A model generated the notes under the pieces. The model was not told the DNA's origin, made no database searches, and saw nothing but the letters and a program-made list of their open reading frames with translations. The translations under genes and the position numbers were made by a program. This document shows positions 57,605 through 64,000 of a stretch of DNA of 64,000 bases, piece after piece. The stretch is from Armatimonadota bacterium (GTDB taxonomy: Bacteria; Bacteroidota; Ignavibacteria; OLB7), in assembly GCA_020850315.1 (NCBI GenBank), contig JADZEY010000029.1:7413-71412 (forward strand). Reading direction: 5' to 3'. Every line of letters begins with the position of its first letter. Position 1 is the stretch's first letter.

Positions 57605-60600
57605 CTATTTCACTAAAATCACCTGCTGGGAAGCGACGGACGACCCGTTGCTTAGCCGCACAAGGTAGCGTCCGGCTGGCAACGCGCTAGCATCGTAGGT
57701 GATAGTGGTATCGGAAGCAGTGAGCTGGTTGGTAAGGTCTGCCACGGCGTTGCCGTTGTTGTCGAACACGCGCAACTGATAGTTGGCCCCAGCGGTGCGA
57801 ACCCGAAGCGCGAAAATACGCGAAGTTGGGTTTGGCCGCGCCAGCCCCAGATACCCGGGTGAAGGTTGTTCCGCTGCATCGGCCACGCTGGTTGGGATTC
57901 CCAAAAACTCATAAATGGCTTGCCGTCCCTGGCGGGTGGGGGTGGTCATTCCAAACAGGAAGAGGGTTGTGTCCTCCTGGTCGGGATCCAGCCGCACCAC
58001 TTTTCCCCACACCGCACTGATATCCCCGGGGCCTGCACTTTGCGAGCCGATGCCGTTGGAGATGGTGCGCCATTTTTCTGAGAAGGCGAAGCCATCGTAC
58101 AGGTTCACGGTGTCGCCATCGTTGTTGATCGCATAAAAAATTGGACGCTGAACATCCCCTGCGATTGCCCCGGTTACCCCGTAGCCGCTGGCATTTTCCA
58201 CGCGGGAAAGAACGGCAATTTTTCCGGCGGGGTCGGTTCCGTAGCGGACGGTTTGTCCCCCTGATTCGGCAGCGATATCCCAATCGGTGAACATGGCAAT
58301 CCGCAAGCTGTCCAGCCGTTGGCTGCTTCGGTTGCGAGTCCGGAGCTCAATCCCAATGGCATCCTTCACCCCTGTTTTTTTCACAAACCTCAGCTTCAGT
58401 TCAATCCCCATTTTCCGTCCATCTGTCACCACCGAGTCGGTCAGTGTCAGCGTGGAGTCGTTGGCCAGGGAAGGGAGGTCTATCGGGCCGAAGTCAACCG
58501 TGCGTGGTTCGTTATCGCTTCCGCGGATATTGCTCAGGATTGTGGCCCCATCGCCAGCGACGATGAAGCCACCTTCGTACAGCAGGGATTTCCCCAGATA
58601 GAGGAAGCCATCCCCCACCGTGTTGGTTGGATAATCGTGGTAGCCCAAGCGCCCACGGGTAGAGATGGAGGCAACAATATCTGGCGTGGAAGCGGTGAAA
58701 TATGGGCGGGCAAACATCTGGCGGTCAAATCCAAAATCGCTGTAGCCGCTGTCGGCAGTGTAAGCAAAACGGAGGTGAACAATGGATTCAGTGGGCGCGG
58801 TAACGGTGAAGCGGATTCCACCTTCGGCCAATGCAACGCCACCGCGAAGCAGCCCTGCAATATGCGCCGTGTCGTTGCGGTTAATCTGGATTGTTGGCAC
58901 ACCATCGCTCATGGCTCCGGCGGTGATTCGGATGTTTGTGGCATCCCCCAACAGGTTCCGCACCCGCACACGGAGCAGCCCTTGCTCGCCAACCGAGAAG
59001 TTATCGCGCGGGGTTCCGTTCAGGTCGGTCAGGAACACCGAATCGAGCACAATGGCCGGGCGGGCAAACGGGTCATCGGTAAGTGCGCGCAGGATGTTGA
59101 TTCGTCCGGTTCCCATCAGCCCAATTTTATTGGGGTTTTTGTGGTTGATGTTCTCGGTTGTCTGCCGCAGGTGCGCAATGGCTTGGTCGGCGGTCAACGC
59201 CGGGTAACGGCTACGCACCAACGCCAGCGCGCCCGTGGCGTTCGGCGCAGAGAAGGAAGTGGCAACGCCAACCTCACCATAGGTGTTGTTTTCGCCGGTG
59301 GAAAAGCCGCCCGGTGCCGAAACGCTGATATGTGGCCCCAGCGTGGTTTCGTACACATCATTCCCGCCAACCGCCCCAACCCCCAACACATGGCGGTAAC
59401 CAGCTGGATAGTAGGTCCCAAGCCCTGGGGGGTTGCCGCCGCCAGCAACAATCGCGCAGTCGAACGTCTCCACCACGTTGGTGATAAGGTCCTGCAGCAC
59501 CCGTGAGTAGCTTTCTTCCCCCCAACTGCAGTTTATCACTTTGCACCCCCGGCGTGCGGCGTAGATGATCCCTTCGTAGGCCATGGTGAGTTCGCCAGTT
59601 TTGTTGTTGGCCATTTTGATTGGGAAGAATCGGCACAGATTTCCAACCCCAGCAATGCCAATCTTGTTATTGGTTGCCGCCGATGCAAACCCCGTGACAA
59701 ACGTTCCGTGGGCCGAGCCTTTGGTGATGCCGGGGAGCGTGCTGTCTTCCTGCCACGTAAGGTTTGCGCCGCGCCAATCGTCAACCGCGCCGTTGCCGTC
59801 GTCGTCAAGGTTGTTGGTGCGTTTGTCGCGCCCCAGCGCGTCTTTCCCCATCTCGCCGGTGTTCTCGCTGATGTTCGGGGCAAGGTCTTCATGGAACATA
59901 TCTATCCCTGCATCCACAATGCCAATCAACGTGTTGGTGTCGCCGGGCCAGACTTCCCAGGCTTCGTAGGCCCGCATCTGCGGAAGCTGTTTCTGCTGCC
60001 AGATTTGTGGATCGTTGGGGGAAAGTGGTGGGCTGACAAGTTGCGGAAGGATCATCGGCTCGGCATACTCCACTTCGGGGAACTCCATCAGCTTGCGTGC
60101 GGCTTCGCGTGGGTGAATCGCAGCGGAGTAGCGGACTTCAATGATGCGGCTGAACTCATCCTGCGCCTGCAATCCACGCACGTAGCGTTGCAACAAAGCC
60201 CCGCTGTTTTTACTCACTTTCGTTGGCGGCTGAACCAATGCGGGAATGGTGATTGGTATCCGTGTGGCGTTCCCCTGGCCCAGCCCGGCTTGGCTGACAA
60301 GTTGTGCAACACGGTTGGTAGCATCCGCATTGGCTTGTGAGGCCGGAACCCCAGCGTTCGCGTCCCCCCCCCAATGTTTGCGCAGCTTCACGTAGATGGC
60401 GTTGGCCACAACCTTGTCGCGACTGGTCATGTCGGGGATTGTGCCATGGGTTGCCAGTGCTTCCTGTTTCGCGCTTGGCGGCGGGGGGGCAACCATGATG
60501 ATGGGCCGCTCGGCATTTTTATCGGCCTTCTTCTTTTCGATTGGCACTTTTTTTTCAATCGTCTTGGAAGGGGCCTGGGCAAACGTCGGAAGCCCGCCAG

Positions 60601-60661
60601 CCAGCAGCAGTGCGATGCTGGGCAACAGCAATCGGGAAGCAAGGGGTTGAAGGCGTGTCAT
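57605..60661 (-). CDS. secreted S8 subtilisin-family serine peptidase with T9SS C-terminal sorting domain
   Basis: Catalytic triad in D-H-S order (GIVDAGID; HGTFVTG; GTSFSAPNATG), a long beta-rich C-terminal region, and a CTD …RYLVRLSNGSSVASQQVILVK. The start is placed at the Met preceding the signal peptide (ORF extends to 60703). Confidence 0.85.
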   Translation of the reverse strand: MTRLQPLASRLLLPSIALLLAGGLPTFAQAPSKTIEKKVPIEKKKADKNAERPIIMVAPPPPSAKQEALATHGTIPDMTSRDKVVANAIYVKLRKHWGGDANAGVPASQANADATNRVAQLVSQAGLGQGNATRIPITIPALVQPPTKVSKNSGALLQRYVRGLQAQDEFSRIIEVRYSAAIHPREAARKLMEFPEVEYAEPMILPQLVSPPLSPNDPQIWQQKQLPQMRAYEAWEVWPGDTNTLIGIVDAGIDMFHEDLAPNISENTGEMGKDALGRDKRTNNLDDDGNGAVDDWRGANLTWQEDSTLPGITKGSAHGTFVTGFASAATNNKIGIAGVGNLCRFFPIKMANNKTGELTMAYEGIIYAARRGCKVINCSWGEESYSRVLQDLITNVVETFDCAIVAGGGNPPGLGTYYPAGYRHVLGVGAVGGNDVYETTLGPHISVSAPGGFSTGENNTYGEVGVATSFSAPNATGALALVRSRYPALTADQAIAHLRQTTENINHKNPNKIGLMGTGRINILRALTDDPFARPAIVLDSVFLTDLNGTPRDNFSVGEQGLLRVRVRNLLGDATNIRITAGAMSDGVPTIQINRNDTAHIAGLLRGGVALAEGGIRFTVTAPTESIVHLRFAYTADSGYSDFGFDRQMFARPYFTASTPDIVASISTRGRLGYHDYPTNTVGDGFLYLGKSLLYEGGFIVAGDGATILSNIRGSDNEPRTVDFGPIDLPSLANDSTLTLTDSVVTDGRKMGIELKLRFVKKTGVKDAIGIELRTRNRSSQRLDSLRIAMFTDWDIAAESGGQTVRYGTDPAGKIAVLSRVENASGYGVTGAIAGDVQRPIFYAINNDGDTVNLYDGFAFSEKWRTISNGIGSQSAGPGDISAVWGKVVRLDPDQEDTTLFLFGMTTPTRQGRQAIYEFLGIPTSVADAAEQPSPGYLGLARPNPTSRIFALRVRTAGANYQLRVFDNNGNAVADLTNQLTASDTTITYDASALPAGRYLVRLSNGSSVASQQVILVK

Positions 60662-60729
60662 AGTTTGTTCAATGGGAAGGTTCATCGGTATCGCAATGGG
60701 CACTGCAGATTGCTTGGCTGCGTGCTGTC

Positions 60730-61545
60730 TCAGGTCACGCGGCGTTCCCGCACCAGTGGTGGCGTTAGGGATTGCTCAATGTTCACGGCGTGCATTGTTA
60801 TTGGATCAATTTCCAGATAGACCGCCGCAAGTCGCGTGTCGCCGGTTGCCATCTCGAACTTATGCGGGGTTTGCAGCATAAACCGCTTGATTGCCACCTC
60901 CTTTTTCATGCCGATAACGGAGTCGTAGGCTCCGGTCATTCCAACATCGGTGAGGAATGCGGTTCCGTTCGGAAGGATGCGAGCATCGTTGGTTTGGACG
61001 TGGGTGTGGGTCCCGACCACCGCACTGACCCTGCCATCCAAGTAGGCAGCAAGTGCCATTTTTTCGGCAGTGGCCTCGGCATGGAAATCCACGATAACGG
61101 CCCCGGTTGTGTGGCGCAGTTTTTCCAGCACCCAATCGGCGGCATGGAACGGGCAATCAATGCTGGGAAGGAAGGTGCGCCCCTGCAAGTTTATTACGGT
61201 GATAGAGTGACCTGTGGGAAGCCCGTTTGTTACGAAGCCCAGGCCAACGTTACCACGCGGGTAATTCAGCGGGCGAAGGACATTCCGGTTGTTGGCAAGC
61301 ACATCTTTGGATTGCCATTTTTCCCAGATATGATTTCCCGAAGTGATAACGTTGGCCCCGGCACGGAAGATGGTTTCGGCATCCGAGTGGCGGATACCCT
61401 TCCCATCATAGACGTTCTCACCGTTGACGATCACAAAATCGGTAGCATACTGCTGGGTTAGCCGGGGCAGTTCCTCGGCAAGGCGTTGCAGCCCTGGTTC
61501 ACCAACAACATCACCCACCAACAGAATGCGAAGAAGTTCAGGCAT
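60730..61545 (-). CDS. ymdB: YmdB-like (TIGR00282) metallophosphoesterase / 2',3'-cyclic-nucleotide phosphodiesterase
   Basis: ILLVGDVVGEPG…GENVYDG…TSGNHIW metallophosphatase motifs. Length 271 aa. Confidence 0.8.
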   Translation of the reverse strand: MPELLRILLVGDVVGEPGLQRLAEELPRLTQQYATDFVIVNGENVYDGKGIRHSDAETIFRAGANVITSGNHIWEKWQSKDVLANNRNVLRPLNYPRGNVGLGFVTNGLPTGHSITVINLQGRTFLPSIDCPFHAADWVLEKLRHTTGAVIVDFHAEATAEKMALAAYLDGRVSAVVGTHTHVQTNDARILPNGTAFLTDVGMTGAYDSVIGMKKEVAIKRFMLQTPHKFEMATGDTRLAAVYLEIDPITMHAVNIEQSLTPPLVRERRVT

Positions 61546-61713
61546 GAAAGAAATTGCTAAGTCGGATTTGTTCAGAGCGGAGGGCCGGCGGCTCTCCGTA
61601 TTTTATGCTCCACAAAATACAAACGAACCAACAGCAGGGAAGGGGGAAGAAGGAATATCCTGAAGGAATGAAGCAGAAGCAATCATGGTACCACACAACA
61701 ACCAGCGCAAGCA

Positions 61714-62292
61714 ATGGCACTGAAAATCTACACGAAGACCGGCGACGACGGAACTACCGGGTTGTTCGGCGGCCAGCGGGTCAACAAGGATTCGCTCCGG
61801 ATTGAATGCTACGGAACGGTTGACGAGCTGAACAGTGCTATTGGCGTTGCCCGCTCGCACGGGTTGCCTACCGCCCACGATCTGCTTGCCGACACGTTGC
61901 AACAGCAGCTGTTTGTGCTTGGCGCAGACCTTGCCACACCGCACTCGCACCAGAGCAAAAAATTTTCCATCCCCCGCGTTACAGCCACCGATGTGGAGTG
62001 TCTGGAATCGGAAATTGATCGTTTGGAGGGAGGGCTTCCTCCGTTGAAAAACTTCATTCTTCCGGGGGGAACGCCCAGCGGGGCCGCGCTGCATCTGGCC
62101 CGCACAATCTGCCGACGCGCCGAACGGAGTGCCGTAACGCTGCGCCAGCAGGAACCCGAAATTGGCCACTTGCCAGTAACCTATCTGAACCGCCTTAGTG
62201 ACTTGCTGTTTGTGTTTGCTCGTGCCGTTAATCACGCTGCTGGGATTGAAGAGCATCCATGGAAACCGAGGGAAGTGGCGAATGGCCAGTGA
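61714..62292 (+). CDS. pduO: PduO-type ATP:cob(I)alamin adenosyltransferase
   Basis: N-terminus KIYTKTGDDGTTGLFGG…ECYGTVDELNS is the hallmark of MMAB/PduO-type adenosyltransferases. Confidence 0.85.
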   Translation: MALKIYTKTGDDGTTGLFGGQRVNKDSLRIECYGTVDELNSAIGVARSHGLPTAHDLLADTLQQQLFVLGADLATPHSHQSKKFSIPRVTATDVECLESEIDRLEGGLPPLKNFILPGGTPSGAALHLARTICRRAERSAVTLRQQEPEIGHLPVTYLNRLSDLLFVFARAVNHAAGIEEHPWKPREVANGQ

Positions 62293-62394
62293 CAAATAGA
62301 AGAAGGTGACAGGGAAGTAGCGAATGGCGGGTGACGAATGGCAAATAGAAGCGGAGGGGGGAATGACGGATGACGAGTGATGAATGGCAATACG
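62268..62394 (+). repeat. degenerate tandem repeats (GAAGTrGCGAATGGC…GTGACrAATrGAAG) spanning the pduO stop codon
   Basis: The last ~30 nt of the pduO CDS (GGAAGTGGCGAATGGCCAGTGACAAATAGAAG) are imperfectly repeated twice more downstream (…GGAAGTAGCGAATGGCGGGTGACGAATGGCAAATAGAAG…GATGACGAGTGATGAATGGCAATACGG). Confidence 0.75.
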
Positions 62395-62765
62395 GCTACG
62401 TTCCCTCTTCTCCGCAACTGGCAAATAACAGTTTCTAACACCCCCCTATCAAAAACCTTCTTTTTTTCGCTTCGCTGAAAAAAATGATGGTACTTTTGGG
62501 TTCGTTTTTCTCACTATACATTGCTTGTCAATCGGCGCGTGCGTTTTCCTACTAAACCGAACCCCGCACATTGCATCCATGCGGGCTAACTTGCGCGACT
62601 GACGCTTCGTTAGTGGGGCAAGCCTGATAATCCGCAAGAGCCGCAAAGCACTGAAATAGCGGTGCTTACTTCACACAGAACAGAGTTCAACCAAATCATA
62701 ACCCGACGGCTGGCGGGGGTTTTCCGCCAACGTCACAGTTCCAAATTACAGGAGAGACAAACCGT

Positions 62766-63728
62766 ATGAAACTCAAAAGCTTTTTGATCGGCAGTGCCTT
62801 GCTTGCTACGCTGGTAGTGGGCGGCTGCAACGAAAACGACACCCCAACCGATCCAACCCCAGACCCAGTTGCGCCAAAAGCAGTTACGAACCTGCTGGCA
62901 GTTTCCCTTAGCGAAACCTCGGTTGGCCTGCGCTGGAACTCACCCGTTGATACCGCACTAACCGGCTATGAAGTATCATGGAAAAGCACCGACGGCGTTG
63001 ACTCAGGCTCCGCTACCGTTGCCCCGGCAACCGACACTACCGAGAATGCTACGGTGAAAGTAGGAAAGACCTACACCTTTACGGTAAAGACCAAGCGTGG
63101 CACAACTCTATCAACAGGAGTGAGCGTTACTTGGGCAGGCGCACAGCAATTCAGCAACGACGCTGCGAACGCAGCAACCACCATTCGCCTGTACGAAAAA
63201 GCTTCGTCGAACGGTAGCGGCTTAACCTTGGATCCAAGCCTTGGTGGCCCACGAAATATGTCGGTTGCTACGCCATCGGCAGCGGTTCAGCTTGGCTTTA
63301 TCGTTGATCCCGCCGGCAAAGTGGTTATCGGCGCAGCGTACTCCTTCCCTGAGTTCAAGAACGTGGATAAGTTCGATAGCAACACCTACGTCTCCACGCA
63401 GTCATGGGTGGCCAATGGCTTAAGCAGCTGGTTCCTGACGCAATCGCTTGACAAGTATATCCCAGCCGACGGCAACCTGCGGGCCTTTACCTTCGATGCA
63501 ACAGTGACCGGAACATCAGGTCAAGGATTTGTGGCACGCACTGGCACAACGGGCAACTACCACTACGCTCGCATCTTTGTGAACAACGTTGGTGGCAAAC
63601 TGCTGCAAGGCACTGCACCAAACCGCTACGTGGAGCTGACGATCTCCTACCAAAACACGCCGAACGTACCGTTCGCAAAGCGTGGAGCTGAGTCGCCAGT
63701 GGGTGTGTACTCACGCCGCTTGTACTAA
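62766..63728 (+). CDS. lipoprotein with fibronectin type III-like domain (function unknown)
   Basis: Lipoprotein signal MKLKSFLIGSALLATLVVGGCNEN, then FN3-like segment PKAVTNLLAVSLSETSVGLRWNSP…GYEVSWKS. Confidence 0.6.
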   Translation: MKLKSFLIGSALLATLVVGGCNENDTPTDPTPDPVAPKAVTNLLAVSLSETSVGLRWNSPVDTALTGYEVSWKSTDGVDSGSATVAPATDTTENATVKVGKTYTFTVKTKRGTTLSTGVSVTWAGAQQFSNDAANAATTIRLYEKASSNGSGLTLDPSLGGPRNMSVATPSAAVQLGFIVDPAGKVVIGAAYSFPEFKNVDKFDSNTYVSTQSWVANGLSSWFLTQSLDKYIPADGNLRAFTFDATVTGTSGQGFVARTGTTGNYHYARIFVNNVGGKLLQGTAPNRYVELTISYQNTPNVPFAKRGAESPVGVYSRRLY

Positions 63729-64000
63729 GCAAAACACCTTCCCAACTGGCTTGTTGGGATAGCAAAAACAATAACGGGGTGGAAGCTGCAAGATGCTTCC
63801 ACCCCGTTTTCTTTTGCCCGTTTCATTTCGGTAGCGCGGCGGGTTCAACGTGCCTCCCCTGCTTCCTCCTGAATGGCTTCGCGTTCCTCCGAAAATTTGA
63901 AAGAGAGGAACGGAGTTAATAGAGCACTATCGCATTCCCTTCCCCTTTGCGTGCTGTTTCCAATGCTTGGCGTGCGCCGTTGATTACGGTATCGGCCCCC

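Noticed and set aside
58319-59506. 395-aa plus-strand ORF
   Set aside because: Antisense to the S8 subtilase (catalytic D/H/S motifs on the minus strand).

Overview
High-GC bacterial chromosomal segment, about 50 annotated protein genes, four tRNAs, no rRNA, CRISPR array, IS element or prophage detected. The lineage is probably the Bacteroidota/Chlorobi/Rhodothermota (FCB) group: seven proteins end in type IX secretion (T9SS) C-terminal sorting domains, and RpoZ, DUF5683 and DUF3109 are Bacteroidota-type families. Most of the window is core housekeeping: coaD-rsmD, gmk-rpoZ-yicC, mnmA, gluQ, rpoN, sod, iscA/erpA and xseB.

The main functional blocks are:
- **Aerobic respiration module (7184-11311):** a ba3-type (B-family) heme-copper oxidase with the Thermus-like three-gene layout (subunit IIa-like peptide, subunit II, subunit I) followed by SCO1/SenC, a PCu(A)C copper chaperone and a lipoprotein c-type cytochrome, with ATGA start/stop overlaps.
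- **Three paralogous giant T9SS cargo proteins (1388, ~960 and 967 aa):** two are tandem. They share an N-terminal module of unknown function.
- **Other T9SS cargo:** a Kelch beta-propeller protein with an embedded thioredoxin-like CPPC domain, and an S8 subtilase.
- **A MoxR-like AAA+ ATPase / von Willebrand factor A (VWA) gene pair:** separated by a 79-bp x2.6 tandem repeat and heptamer repeats.
- **An expanded RpoN:** an NYN (plus possible LOTUS) RNA-binding protein lies downstream.
- **A minus-strand tRNA cluster:** Glu(CTC)-Gln(CTG)-Ala(CGC).

The least expected sequence-level signal is a family of short tandem repeats (GTCGAATG / GTCAAATG / GTGACGAATGGC / GTCAGTG). They sit exactly at or just after the stop codons of four unrelated genes (coaD, a hypothetical gene, the MoxR ATPase and PduO). 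In two cases they encode the last residues of the protein and are then re-duplicated past the stop.

Two GC-rich palindromic 46-bp elements and several rho-independent terminators are also annotated. Many long ORFs in the six-frame track are antisense artefacts of high GC and were rejected.
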